Notes under the pieces: model-generated
The model's input: the letters and a program-made list of their open reading frames with translations, nothing else
The model's database searches: none
Told to the model about the DNA's origin: nothing
Part shown: positions 27,976-41,557 of the stretch, in pieces
Layout of the letters: each line of letters starts with the position of its first letter
Numbering within the stretch: position 1 is the stretch's first letter
Made by a program: the position numbers and the translations under genes
Assembly: GCF_022045235.1 (NCBI RefSeq)
Contig: NW_027266343.1
Span: 56,792,001 to 56,856,000 of the forward strand
DNA length: 64,000 bases
DNA from: Haliotis cracherodii
Lineage: Eukaryota
Reading direction: 5' to 3'

Positions 27976-29445
27976 GTGTCTGCATGTGCGTGTGTCTTGC
28001 TTTACGCTGCACTCAGCAATATTACAGTTATATGTCAACAGCCTGTAAGTAATTGAGTCTGGACCAGACAATCCAGTGATAGATATCAGGAGCAAAGATC
28101 TGGGAACGATGACATGCTATCAACCAAGTTACCCAATCTGACCATCCATTATGCCTTAAGATGACCATCAGATGTTATTCTAACCCAGAATCTAGCAGCA
28201 AATACTCATAAAACATCAAATACAGGAGTTCTATACTTAAGATTAAACATTTGATACACATTTTCAAATGGTAAATCCTGTTAGTGAGGCAGTTGTTGTT
28301 GTATTACCCTGGATGTAAATCACCTTGTCATGTGACAGATTAGAATGATGTCATGCGTATTGTTAGACAAACAGTTCCATGCAAAACAGTTACCATTCCA
28401 GTGGCAGAAACTAACATTATTAGCCCACTAGTCATTATAACGATAACACATAGCAAAACCCTTAAAATGACAATTTCTACAAGTTCTTATGATACCTTAA
28501 CTATTGGGCAGTTTGGCGAGACTATAGGACTAGTGCTAATTTCTAATGCTGTATTCCTGGAATACGCTTTGGTTATCATGTCAGAGACAGCATTATTCCA
28601 GTAACGGGGAAACAGAAGAACGTCCGCTGGTGTACATTCAAAGATATCATTTTCAAGAATTGATAGATATTTCGTATAAAGTTCTACGGTTTGAACAATC
28701 AAACGATTGTATTGGAAGACAAATGTTTTACCTTCAAATACAAACAAAACTATGAAGACACATATTGAGCAACCAAGTGACCTGAGGCATTGCAAGTAGC
28801 TGGGTTGATCATGACCCCAGGCTTCAACTGTAGCAGATTTACCAGGCTCGTCCCTAATTAGCCAGGGAATTCAGGATTTATCCAGCATTCAAAGTAAGTG
28901 TCTTTGGCAAGTATTTTGAGATATAAGAATCGTGATTTTGTTCCAAATTGGATATTTCAAGTGTTCATATTTTCGAAAATTCTGGCGAAATAAATGTTTA
29001 GATTAAATTGGGAATATTTACTGTCATTTGCTTGGGGGATGAACATCAGCCTCTTAGCAAGTCTACATAAGTCTGGTATTATATTTCACTTCTTTTGGTG
29101 CAAATACCCTGTACCCACTTGCTCAAATAGCTTTGTCTGATTCCAATTCAAATGAAGCTAAAAACAGCTGTCCAATCACATAACATCCATGTGCAAGAGA
29201 AATCCTATGCAAAGTTCATGATTAAACACTGCCCCTACACTGTTGGTCCGAGACAAGTGAAAACCTAGCAGGACTAGTTGTTTTCCCCAAGAACTGAGGA
29301 ATGTGACATTACCCAAAAGTGGGAATGGAAAAAAAATCACTGGACTGTCCAGGATTGACTAGACTAACGTATAGTCAATGAAATCTTAAATTACACAATA
29401 CGCTTCTCTCTAAAAGAATTTTTTTTTTTAAATTCTTATTTCCTA

Positions 29446-29716
29446 TAGCTATTACTATATTCATCAACAACCCGATCTGTGTTGAACCAATCAACTCAAC
29501 TTGAAAGGGTGCACAGGAATCACGTACCCATGAATACGGTGTTAGCGTTGGGCGTCTCAACGTGAGTGATTCCCGTGCACCATTTCGAGCTGAGTTGATT
29601 AGTTCAACTGTGTCATATGGCCCTGTGACGCAGGGGTAGCAGATGGCTGTTACAATGAAGGCTCGTTCCACCCGTGATGAACAGGTCTGGTTGTTGATGA
29701 AATATAGTGATAGCTA
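29446..29716. mobile_element. MITE with terminal and internal inverted repeats
   Basis: TAGCTATTACTATATTCATCAACAACC / GGTTGTTGATGAAATATAGTGATAGCTA plus an inner about 45-bp inverted pair. Confidence 0.7.
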
Positions 29717-30297
29717 AATAGACAGATTTTTTATTCATGCACTGATTGTCTTTAAATGTAATATCCAGTTATGCATGACTGTTTAATAATCTCATACCAA
29801 CTTTGACTGGAGTAGGTCCGATAGTCTTTCAGATATTGTAGTAAACGTTGGTACCTTAAATTACCTTCCAGACTATAGGTTAGCAGAAAAATATTGATGT
29901 TAAGGGTGACTACTACTCTTCAAACCTTAGAGGCCAAACCTTGTTGACAATTTCAACTATAATATTTATCAATAAAGTCATGAACGTGATCTAAAAAACA
30001 GATTAATGTCCTTGCACATTAATGATAGTAAAACACAAAACAGTATCAAATAACAAATTTTGGAACCAGAATTTTCATGTTAAATATGTGAGGTGGATGT
30101 TGGAAAATCCAAGATGGCTGTTACTGATGGTATACGGTCTCATATTAGGTCAGTAACAACCATCCTGGATTTTTACTGACGGTATACAGGCTCATGTGGG
30201 GTCATTAGCTCTGCTCTCTGATTGGTCAGTCTCATTTTGAGGCTTGTGAACCATGGCATCCAAAGTAGTTTGCTCGACTGAGATGAAAACATGTTGA

Positions 30298-30931
30298 AAC
30301 AAGACAAAAAGTGAGCAGGACTCACTAATTCCCCAGACTTCGACTCCAATATATTTCTAAGTTTAAAACATGAAAAAAGCAATATTTTCTCAGAAAATCA
30401 AATCATCAAAATCAAACTTTGCACTGCACCTCTCCTGTTATAGTAAAGAAACTGTACCCCCCATTCGAAAAAAATCCACACAGTAGTTTTGAAGTTATAG
30501 GTCACACAAATGTTGAAGTAAAAAAATATTCTACGTCCAAATCATGAAAAAAATCTTTCGTTTTTCAGAAAATTCCATTGTAATTAAACTTTGCACTGCT
30601 TTCTTCCGTTAGCATGGAAAAAGTTCCCTAAATTTGAAAAGAATCCATCAAGTAGTTGTCTAGTTATAGGTTGCACAAATGTGTCAGGAAAACAAAATTA
30701 AGTTAAAAGATAAAAATAGCTGTATTTTTTTCAGAAAAACAAACAAATATTGAAATCAAACATTGCACTGCACCTCTCCTATCGAAAAAAAATGTTCACC
30801 AATTTTGAAAAGAATCTACATAGTAGTTTTCAAGTTATAGGTCTCACACAAAAATGTCCTGGGAAGGACGGACGATGGACGGAATTCCTTGGTATAACTA
30901 TATATCCCCGCCATATTAGGTCGAGGTATAA
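30298..30931 (+). mobile_element. Helentron/HINE (DINE-1/pearl-like) non-autonomous element
   Basis: AACAAG start, three internal about 175-bp core repeats (..TTGCACTGCACCTCTCCT..AGTTATAGG..), GGAC microsatellite, terminal hairpin then TATAAT. Confidence 0.6.
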
Positions 30932-32094
30932 TAGTAAATATCCAATTCCTCAACACAAACCTCAGTAAATGTGCATTAATACTGCACTCCTGTCTGTGCT
31001 CCAAGGAATCACGCTTCAGTTAGACAACTGAAGTCACTTGTTCTCATAAATCTGAATCTTGATCATCACTGACTGTCCAATGTAATTTCTCTCCATCCCA
31101 AATGAGCTTGTGTGGACTTCTTGATTTCCACTAGTTCTTTGTACAGATCAACCCTTGAGCAACTGATTTGACCTCTTCCCAGGCATGCATGGCCAATTCT
31201 TAGGCAACCATGTTGCATAAGGTAGGCCAACTTGCATCATGCGATGTCACATCTTGTCAAGTTGTGCTTGCTTCAGAGGTAATGAGAATCTGATTGGCAA
31301 GTCACAAGCGTAATCTATTTACATGGCTCCCCAACTCACTGAATGAAGTAATATTTGTGCCTGCGTGATTGTGCAGTGTAGATCTCGACCCTGGCTAACA
31401 TTTAGCCCCATAAATAAAGTTATCTCTACCTAAAAATACATCAATAAAATCTGAATGGAGCCCAGAACAAAGCTTAGTTTCTGAGACAATGGGGCTGATG
31501 TAATCTAGACTTGCTGAATCAGTCTAGGCTTCAGTTGGATTCATATTTTAATGTATTCTCTGGGGTCTGGGAGATGGATTTATGACACCATGGCCAAGGC
31601 AAAATGATAGGAATTAGGAAATCTGCATCACTGATTAATTAGCAGTCAGCATGGATTCCCAGTTTAACTCCCACAACGTGTAACAAATTGTTATTTGACG
31701 CAGCACTCAGCAACATCCCATATGAAAGCAGCCTGTAAATACGAGTCTGGACCAGACAATCCAGTGATCATTATTGTGATCAATGATCCATGCTTTCAGG
31801 GTATGATGACATGCATTGAACAAGTCACTGAGCCTGACCAACCAATCCACTTAAATGGAAGCAAGCACAATCAGTGATAATGTAAGTCCTGGCTTCCAGT
31901 TGTCCGTAACTATCAGTGCTAATCCTGCTGATTACTGTAAAGTGTTGGCTTCCATTGTCTATTGCTAATCACCTATCAGCGCCAATTATCTGGTGGCTTC
32001 CCTTGTTAAGTTTCCGTCCTTTCTTATTGTATTACTTTTGTTGTTCTTACAGTACATATATAAGCTTCTTGCCTCATAGCATACATTCGTCCCA

Positions 32095-32565
32095 AGCACA
32101 TTCAGTTCGCTTGCCTGATGGTCAGTCAGTATTCACGGCTGAATTGGAGGCAATTCATCATGCACTCAAACTCATACCGAAACTTCCAGAAGCAAAGGCA
32201 GCAGTCTTATCAGACTCGCTAAGTGCACTTCAGGCCATCAGCGGCAGAAACTCAACCTCCAGGCCAAACACAGTCAACAATATTCTATACATATATACAA
32301 AACTATCGGACCAAGGGCAACAGGTCGGGCTGTGTTGGATCCCCTCTCACATAGATATACATGGAAATGAAAAAGCAGACTCAGTGGCAAAGCTAGCTGT
32401 AGACAAAGCGGAGATACAGCCTATTCCCTTAAGTAAACTAGAGATAAAAATCAAAATCAAAGCCTCTATTGCCCAAAGATGGCAAGCCCAATGGGACGCA
32501 AGTAAGATCGGCAGATGGCTATACAAAATTCAACCCGAGATCCAACAAAAGCCAAACTCATACTC
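32095..32565 (+). pseudogene. RNase H fragment of a non-LTR retrotransposon (I/Nimb-like)
   Basis: SVFTAELEAI, LSDSLSALQAI, WIPSHIDIHGNEKAD and WQAQWD motifs; no RT upstream; cut off by the element starting at 32566. Confidence 0.85.
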
Positions 32566-32996
32566 CAGAGCTACCGATAAGCTGCATATTTGCGTAAAAT
32601 ACTCCCCAAAAATATTTTAAACTCAATTACTTTCAATCATCTTGTGTACATAAACACGTGTATTAAATGAAAAACTCCAATGTATAAAAACAGCACGCGT
32701 AAAAACCCAATGAAGCTTTTTCAGCACGCGTACAACAGAGCTAATTTCCGAAACACAATTACGAGCTAATTTACCTCCCAAGTCAAGCCTATATTTAGAA
32801 CCATCATATACATCTAAAACTTTATTTAATTTTTTTTTAAATCTCAAAATGTTAACTCATTTTGGGAAAAACCTAATACAGTGATGATTAGATGATTAAA
32901 ATAATATAGGTTACCCAATGAAAAATGTAAAGACACAATTAAAATAGAAACCTGCGAGTAAAAACTCAATTGCTTGAAAAATTTATCTGGAGCTCT
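32566..32996. mobile_element. MITE family F (CAGAGCT termini)
   Basis: CAGAGCTACCGATAA...TTATCTGGAGCTCTG; reverse copy of 34855-35260. Confidence 0.8.
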
Positions 32997-33179
32997 GCAG
33001 TATTAAGTAACAGTGCCAGCTCGTGGATCGGGAACAGAGGACAACTCCTGAAGTCGAAACAATATCTGTAATATGTTTGTACGTGAGTGTAATTGTAAAG
33101 CCAAACAAAAGATTTTTAACAATGTTTGACTTCTAATCGATTCAGAATGTATCCAGCATATCGATTCTACAAGACAGGT

Positions 33180-34640
33180 GGATCATTATCTCTCATGGAC
33201 GATAGATTCAACCAACTTAGCATCTCTTTTAATGCTTCGTCGGAACCCTCAATCACTGTCTCGGTGATTGAATTGATAGGTTAAGATGAGAAGAGGAACA
33301 ATCGATGATACCCACAACCCAACAACACATGCCCAAAGCAGAGGTGAATGAATCGGGGATCCAGATTAGGACCACATCTTGAATCTTGAAGGTTGTTTGA
33401 TCGAACCTTTGAAGTATGGTCATCTGGGGAGGAGTCCTGATCCTTAGATGTATGTCGGGTCTGATCAGCGAACGCTAGAGTGTCGGTCCCAATCTCAGGA
33501 GCGTCGATCCTCAGACAATTGTGGATTAGAGTTAAGCGACCTACCTGTGGAAGCCACTTAATCCCCCGAATGCCAAGACTTCACAAGTCGATCCCTATCC
33601 GGGATAATAATAATAATAATCCACATGAGAATACTCTTGAGAGTGAGATCTTTGCGAATCTTTGTCGAGAGAACAGTCCAACAAATCTGTTCGGGAATCC
33701 TTTGACGACCAATCCCCAGGAATGCAACAAATCAGGGTTCTGGAAGGTCGCATTCTTGGGGATGCCTTCAGGTTGAAGCTTGACATTCTCAGTGGCCAAA
33801 GATGAAGGTCACGAACAAACAATACAATATCTGGTAGGCTATGTAACAGTAAGAGAGGTCGTGGTTGACTGTGAAGAAAAAACAGGTTCGGTCGGATCCA
33901 CATTCGCTGAAAGCACCTTCCGTACATCTAAGCCCATAGGCTGGTTCTCCGAAGCTGAAGAAAGTAGATTCTTTGAACTAGGTTGAGTGGTCAAGATGGC
34001 AATGTCCTCTGTCAAAAACCCATCGTAAACAACATCATCGCCGACAGATCATATGGGAAGTGCGTGGTTCCACGAACCCTCAATTGTCGAGAATGTAGAT
34101 AATTTTGCAGATCTTTTTTTTTCTTAGTTTTTGGCGTTTAGTCAGCTGCATATCCTGCTCTCGGCTCCGACATTTACGCAGGTTAATACTGAAGGATTCA
34201 GTAGGCAAATCAACACATTGTGCACAACGCACCGATGTACCACAACGCCTATGACAGTCAGAACACAACCGTCGGAACAAACATTGTGTGGGTCGAATGG
34301 AGAAAATATCTGTCTAAAACAGAGATACCCGGGACAACACGTGGACTATCCATCCATGATGAAAAACGACTAAGAAGAAATCGAAAACTGGCAAATTGAA
34401 GTGGGAAAATTGGAAAAAAGGGAAAAAAACATACAGATCCCCTTGGTGTATAAACACATCACCACAACATGGTCATTAGAGAATGAGTAGGCTGGGGAGA
34501 CCATGTGTTCAGTGCGTGTAGGTCATCGAGAAAAGCATGCATGACCCAGATTGTGGGGAGAAGTCCATGGTGATGCTAGGTGTGTTTGGGTGAATTGTTT
34601 TTTAAGAAGCTGGAAACCTTTGTTTAAGCACGTTTTCACT
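33180..34640. mobile_element. Degenerate interspersed element, class uncertain (possibly DIRS-like)
   Basis: 33185-33317 and (reverse) 34590-34640 both match 60820-60990; GC-richer decayed interior with no clean ORF. Confidence 0.3.
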
Positions 34641-34854
34641 TTGGATAGAAAGAAGAAACAGAAATGCACAGTGTACAGTGTGAGATAAGATAAGTTAAAA
34701 ATTGTATTTATTTATTATTCACAGGTTTATATATGTGTTTAGTAATCAGATAGTGTATTTATCATTGTTTCCAAAATATATTGATATATCACTCTAGTGA
34801 AACAACACTTTATCATAAAGTCTGAGTCAGCACTACTGTCATGCTGCCTAAATG

Positions 34855-35260
34855 CAGAGCTCCAGATAACTTTTTGAGCAATTGAGTTTTTACTCTAGGG
34901 CTTCTATTTAAATTGGGTTATTACATTTTTCATTGGGTAACCAATATTTTTTCGCTCATCTATTCATCATTCTATTAGGTATTTCCCAGATTTAAAAAAA
35001 ATTAAATAATGTTATAGAAGTACATAACCATGATAACTGTTCTAAATATATAGACATGACTTGGAAAATAAATTAGCTCATAATTGTGTTTCGGAAAATA
35101 GCTCCTTTGTACACATTGGGCATTTACTCGTACTGTTTTTATACATTTGAGTTTTTCATTTAATGCATGCGTTTCTGTACATAAGTTAAATGAAAGTTAT
35201 TGGGTTTTGAATATTTGTTACGGGTATTTTACGCAAATATGCTGCTTATCTGTAGCTCTG
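34855..35260. mobile_element. MITE family F
   Basis: TIRs CAGAGCTCCAGATAA / TTATCTGTAGCTCTG; 6-bp direct flank TAAATG. Confidence 0.8.
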
Positions 35261-35352
35261 TAAATGACACATTTATTTCCTTTTGTGACTTGACACAGTT
35301 CAGTTTCAGTCACTCGATGAGACAAGACTGTTATTTGACAAGAAAACATATA

Positions 35353-35641
35353 CCGTATTCGACATAATAAACGCCCAGGGCGCTCTCAAAATAAAAAAAA
35401 AACATAGTTGAAAGATAAATTTCGTGGATTATGCTGACAGCCTGAACTGTTTATATACGACAGATATATTTTCCAGAATTTAATTGCCCATAATTAAGGG
35501 TGCATATAACGCGAATAAATAAGTCTTGTGTACATTGGTCAATCGGAAGGGGTGCTAATGGGGATTGTTCACTAGCCAATATATTAGCAAATATCGCCGT
35601 GGGCGCTTATTAGAGCGGGGCGCTTATTACGTCGAATACGG
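35353..35641. mobile_element. Tc1/mariner-type MITE family D
   Basis: TA|CCGTATTCGAC...GTCGAATACGG|TA. Confidence 0.88.
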
Positions 35642-35667
35642 TAATGCCTTTTTCGTTTATCACATAC

Positions 35668-35872
35668 CTTTTATTTTTTCGTTCTCCTGCAGACTATGAA
35701 ATTTGCTTTTTCTTGGCTCAAACTTGATTGGTACTGGGAATTCGTGTGGCGGAGGAGAATGTGCAAGTATATCATCATCCTCAAACTGGCTGTACCGATC
35801 ACCTCCCCGACAAATGTTGAAAACGCTGCCAGTTGATTGGTCACTAGACGGCAGGCACCTGTTGTTACTCAT
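35668..35872 (-). CDS. KIAA1191: KIAA1191 / p33MONOX-like protein, first coding exon
   Basis: ATG 35872 after an in-frame stop; EDDDILAHSPPPHEFPVPIKFEPRKSKFHSL resembles the KIAA1191 D-rich/PPP/KYQHL block; donor AAAG|gtatgt is phase 1 and joins 27706 in frame (255 aa total); exon acceptor at about 36025. Confidence 0.7.
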
Positions 35873-36180
35873 TGTGACAGACTATTTCTGCATGCGTCAT
35901 AAGACCCTTGCGAGCAAGTACTCCCCGGAGCCCATCCCTCTACAGTCACCTGGATGTATTGCGGAGCATATTCTTGCTGTCATTTGCCTGATCTTGATTG
36001 TAGCTGTAGTTGGGGAGCTAAACTCTGCAAAAAGATCATCACATATCAGATTTATGAAGATGCAAACCTATGAATTGAATCTGACAGAATACATGTTTTA
36101 CACGATGCAGCACACATGCAGAAAAAATTAATGCGTCCTGGTGGAACCACAATGATATTCATTGTACCAACAATGAATCA

Positions 36181-36682
36181 CATCTTCTCGAGGCAAGGAC
36201 GTTAACGTACTATAAAAGTCCACTTTCCACCCTTGCCAAACTACTCTGGCATTCCATGCATAGTCTATAGGAGTCTTTGCATAGTCCAATCAAAATCGTG
36301 TTATGAACTAGACATCCGGTTCATAAACATTGATTTCAACATGCAGATTTCAGTCGACTGCAGGATTTGCAAAGCATGTGTACCGTCAACTGGGCATTGA
36401 CAGATATTTTCAAAATCTTTTCATGTTTTTAATTAAGTTGCTCAAGTGAACTGATGAATTTTGCAAAGATAAGGCCCATTTTATGACAATATAGATCTTT
36501 TTGACTGGGCGCCACCAATTTTGTTTGAAGCAAATGCAAGTGATATGAGAGATGGAATCTGATAGACCAAAAGGATGGACATACAAGGGACATAACTCAT
36601 AATAACCACTACGATCAAGGCTGGAAATTCCAGCAAAGGTGGAAAGTGGACTCTTATTTAAAGCCCTTGTCTCGGGAAGATG
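36181..36682. mobile_element. MITE family G (CATCTT..AAGATG ends), opposite orientation to 56940-57478
   Basis: Inverted ends; interior is the reverse complement of the 56940 copy. Confidence 0.7.
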
Positions 36683-37027
36683 AACGAATCTTTGACATTG
36701 TTAAGAGTGTTTGTTGTTGTTTCTTTGGAATAATCTTCACTAATTTACAACAGACTTGAATTAAATTTATAGATTCAGTCTGTAGTGCATGGCTGGAAAT
36801 GTCTGTTGATTTGCAGCATATTTAGTTTTCCGGTAACTACAAATACCTACAAAGACTGAGCCCTGGACCCCAGCCTTTCTCAGTCAAGGGGAACCCTGAA
36901 TGCGTATGTCCCTCTGAAGGAACTCAGGGTTACTGAACATTGTGACAATTGTTGCTTTACAAAGATAATAAAATATGGCGTTGAAAAACCTGGCAAGACG
37001 CTTCATAGAGAAATGCTAAAGATACAA

Positions 37028-37278
37028 GTGAGTGAGTGCATTCAGGTTATATCGCGGCATGTCAGCTTAATGTGGGAGGAAAGCCCGAAGTGATGTGTGT
37101 CTCAGATGTTTACCACTTCGGTGAAACACACGAGCATGAGTAGGTGCCGACAAACCTTGAAACATAATCGGAGGGAACCAGGATTCGAACCCACAATTAT
37201 AGTTTTCTGGTCTGCCCAAGGGACACAACTCTGCACAGCAAAATGCAGCACCTTAGACAACTGGGCCACCTGTGCCCC
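37028..37278 (-). mobile_element. SINE family C copy
   Basis: Similar to 24253-24544. Confidence 0.75.
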
Positions 37279-37962
37279 TCTATAGATACAAGACTCATAA
37301 CCCTAATTGAGGAAGAGGAAAAGAAGAATATTAGAAGAAAGTACACATGCATCAATGAGGATGAGGTGAACATGGTCATTGCTATCTGAAGCTGAGATTT
37401 ATATAGACCAGTTCAGAGGCTGATTGTCAGCAGAGATCAGTAAAAATTCCATAATGTGAATAAGAAATTTTCCAGTACTTATGTTATATTTATAGCTTTA
37501 CAGAAGTGACTTCTAGTTTATTGATAACAGGACCAACACAGAGAAAGTGTCTTTAATACTTAGTTTTACATAATTGTATTGAATACAATGTTAATATATT
37601 TCTGATTTTGAGAAAATAGAAACTTCAAAGAAATGCCAATTTTGAAAAAAATATCATTGTTTTTCCAATGTGCCTGCCAAAAGAACTTGTTTGGAATAAC
37701 AGAAAAAAAACCCTGCTGAAAGCATGGTAATATTCTCTAAGTCTTCAAATAGATCTTGATGTGATGAGAAAGTTCCATATAGACCTTGCATGTTACCACA
37801 GTATGATGTTTGATAACATTGAGGGCATGGATGGCCTCGTCATCAAAGGTGTCGCAATTTGCTGTGACGAGTTAAATTGTGTCCCTTGAACAAGCTATAA
37901 ACTTTTGATTGTGGGTTTCCAATTCCGGTTCACCCCAGTTATGTTTCTATGTTTGTCAGCAC

Positions 37963-38327
37963 TAGGGTTGGGACAATACACCAACTGTATGATCCAATAT
38001 GTACCATGATACCTTGCACACGATCCGATACGTATCGCGATACTTGCATGTGCACTTATCGGTGGTGCGTAAGCCATCCTTTTCATAGACAGGATTGCCA
38101 AATACCCGGCACACTAATGATTAACAGTTGGCAGTGTCGCATATGGTGCTATGGATGAAAATATTTACGTTTTCACTACTCATTTTCACTAGTAATTAGT
38201 GTTTGGTGAACACTCATTTAAGGTAAGAATCAATACTTTTTACTTAGTGTGTGACTGTGATTGATTCTTGCATCTAGAAGTAAATAATCGCAATCCACAT
38301 ATTTATCGGTTTATCATCCCACCACTA
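37963..38327. mobile_element. hAT MITE
   Basis: TAGGGTTGGGACAAT / ATCATCCCACCACTA ends with perfect 8-bp TSD GTCAGCAC. Confidence 0.85.
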
Positions 38328-40048
38328 GTCAGCACCATACCAATGGCCGTGGAATTCAACAATACACCCCCCCCCAGCCCCACCCCCCCCAAAAAAGACA
38401 CCGCCCGCCAGCATGCACTATATTTTCAAAAAAACATTACCTGAGAACCAATTCTTTTAATTTTTTTTAAGCCTTAGATGCAATTTCATATCAATTATCT
38501 ATAAACTACAGACACACTATAATGCTTTTATTTGTGCACGAACATACCCAATCTCTGAAATGTAAATAACCCACTGGGCTAGTTGATCCTCTTCATCTTT
38601 TTTATATACCATCGGCACTGTTTGCTTTATTTTATCACGGAACTCCAGAGAACTTTTTGAGCAATTGAGTTTCAAGTGTTGTCCTAGGTTCATGCATCAG
38701 GGTCACAACACTGTGCGAATGTTTCTTCCCGATCCACGAGCTGGACACTTTTACTTAATATTGCAGAGCTCCAGATAAATTTTTCGAGCAATTGAGTTTT
38801 TATTTGACGGTTTCTGTTTTAATCGGTTCATTATATTTTTCATTGGGTAACCAATATTTTTTTACTCATCTATTCATCACTCTATTGTGTTTATTAGTCA
38901 GCAAACAGTCGGAGTCACAAGAGACCAATTACAATTTTATTTACAACTGATATAAGAACACCAAACAATATCTTAAGTATAGATGAGGGTGACACAGAGC
39001 GTCGGTACAACCCTCTGGCTATGGGTGAGAGGTCTGCTTGGTTTGAGCGTCAAAACCCTCTGGCCTAACATCTTGCTTCTGTATGTATTTAACTAAAATT
39101 TAGAAGAAAAAAAAGGAATATCATTAGTTGTTGATACACAATGGGGTGTGCCCTTGGGTTAATGAATGGCTAGACAGAGGGGAATACATATTCCTGTTAG
39201 ACTGTCACTAATCTTGTTGACATATCTACTGGGTGCTTGGAAAGAGATAATGATATCACAATAGACAAGCTTGTGTGGGGCTAACCCTTAATGAGTCTAA
39301 ATTGAAGTATTTGCTGAATGTTATTCTAATATATAGGTGATGACAGATTTACTTTAATAAAATAGTTCAAGGCAATCTATAAAACTATCTACGCATAACT
39401 TTTGTTTTATTGAAAAGTATGTCTCAGAGATGCATTCTTGTTACCTTAGGCTACTATCTACCTAAAAGCTATAACTGAAACTACTAATATTTTGTATCTG
39501 TATTTTTCCTGGATCCTAATATGTATTAGTCACAGGGCTGTAGGGTGGGTGATTTAACTGTACAGCCCAGACTTAGCCCCCAGTTACTATTTCCTGTTCC
39601 GGCAAAAGAAATCTGCCCTACGTGGAAGATGCTTCCAGGATGACAAGGACAGAAAAGCTGCCACAGAGGTGTGGTGAGAGGGCCAATATAAAAGTGGTAT
39701 TAAAAGCTTGAAGGACAAATGGAATAAGTGTATTGAGGTGAATGGAGATTATATTGTAAAATAAAAGTGCCAAGATATTCTGCGACTTGGTCTTATATTG
39801 AAGTTGCAAAACTTATTGAACACCCCTCGTATATTAATTTCAATAAAATTTTATATGTTAAAATGAAAAGGAGATCTTTTATTGATTATTTTATAACAAT
39901 TGTCCACACTGAAGAATTTTGTAGTGCCACTGACAATATCAGAAACAGCTGAGTTGTCATGTCTTATCGGGAACCTAATTCTTGTTATACCGTTACATAG
40001 ATCTAGATACCTCCGTAGATTATACAAGGAAACTCTCATAACACTCAC

Positions 40049-41557
40049 CACACAAAAATGTCAAGATGCGGGATAAAAGGTGTTGCTGACTGGACGGAAC
40101 AAGGATCTTCTGTCGTAAGAAAGATGAGAACAGTCTTGGAATAAACTGCGACTTCCTATAAAAGCGTTTGCGTAGTGACTAAGCTGGGCTCCGTCTCTGG
40201 CGGTGACGGGGCCCAACTAACAGTAGTTTGACACAGGAACCAGTCTAAGCTAACAGTAATATAAGCTGAATCCCGGCTCTTGCCAAGCTCTATATTGTGA
40301 TATGAGAGACGGGGCCCAGCTTACTGTCTTCCTAGCAAAGTTCCGGTCAGGAACGAAGGAAAACCAGTCAAGACGGGTGCCCAGCTGAAGAACAATGTTC
40401 TCTGACTGTGTGATATAAAGTGCGTTCGAGTAGTATAATTTGAGTGACCCGAGTCAACCCAGGTTACCACCAGTCTGGCACCAGACACCATAAAATGATT
40501 TATTTTATGGTGTATGTTACCCCATGTTTGGTCAGTATCCAAAACAAAAAGCATAAAATGCAACCTTAGCTATAATGACGGCTACCAGGAGACGGAGAAA
40601 CACAACAAACATTTGCTGTAACATGAAAGGTTAACAAGTTGTTCATTGCTTGACAAAATTGCCATCGTACCATTTCTATTTAATGCATAAAAAATGACAA
40701 GTAACTTGAAAAAAATAACGCTTATAACATCAAACGACATGCAAAATCATCATCAAAATTGCATTAGTAATTAGTAATATCATCTTCCAGAGGCAAGTGA
40801 GTTAACTGACTGTAAAAGCCCAGTTTCCACTTTTTTAGATGAATTAATATTAAAAAAAGTATTTATGTCAACAATCGAAATACATTTATTCATGATTGAA
40901 TCTGCCCGTGAAGATCCGGGTTAGAAAATGCTTGCCATAAAAGGCGGCTATGCTTGTGGTAAGAGGCGACTAACGGGATCGGGTGGTCAGGATCACTGAC
41001 TTGGTTGATGCATGTCATCGATCCCAATGATGTGGTTCGATGCTCATGATTTCAATCACTGGATAGTCTGGTCCAGACTAGATTATTTACAGATCGCCGT
41101 CATATAGCTTGAATATTGCTGGATGCAGCGTTAAACAACAAACAAACATGATTGAATCAATAAATGAAGCTAAAGATCTGTACCGATGACGACACTTAAG
41201 CTGTTCACCAGTGCACAGCGCCCTCGGGGTTCAGTACGTATGGGCAACATATTTAGGTCAACCGAAGTATGACATAATAGATGCATTATGCTTAGCCCTG
41301 TTGGGAGCATTGACTGTTGGTATCGCTGTGGGGAGCTTACTGCACTTGCGGCGCGAGCAAACAGTTGAACCAGTTTATAATATTGCGTCATTATTTATTT
41401 TAAAACAAATATATTTTGCTTAAATGTTGATGTACATACTTAATGAAATAAACTCTCGAAAGAATCAAGGGGAATTAAGTATTAATGTTTATGAATATTG
41501 TGTTAGTGAAGTCACATGACCCGTTTGTGTTCTAATTATAACATTAGAGTTGTCAAC
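40049..41557. promoter_or_regulatory. Putative divergent promoter region KIAA1191-like (-) / ARL10-like (+), including a candidate non-coding first exon of KIAA1191
   Basis: Strong minus-strand donor TG|GTGAGT at 40049/40048; ARL10 ATG at 41558. Inference only. Confidence 0.45.
40905..41146 (+). mobile_element. SINE family A copy
   Basis: 12-bp TSD CATGATTGAATC (40891-40902, 41147-41158). Confidence 0.85.

Noticed and set aside
31916-32620. Host RNase H gene of 234 aa
   Set aside because: Starts at a GTG in unrelated sequence, motifs are LINE-type, and the end runs into a MITE.
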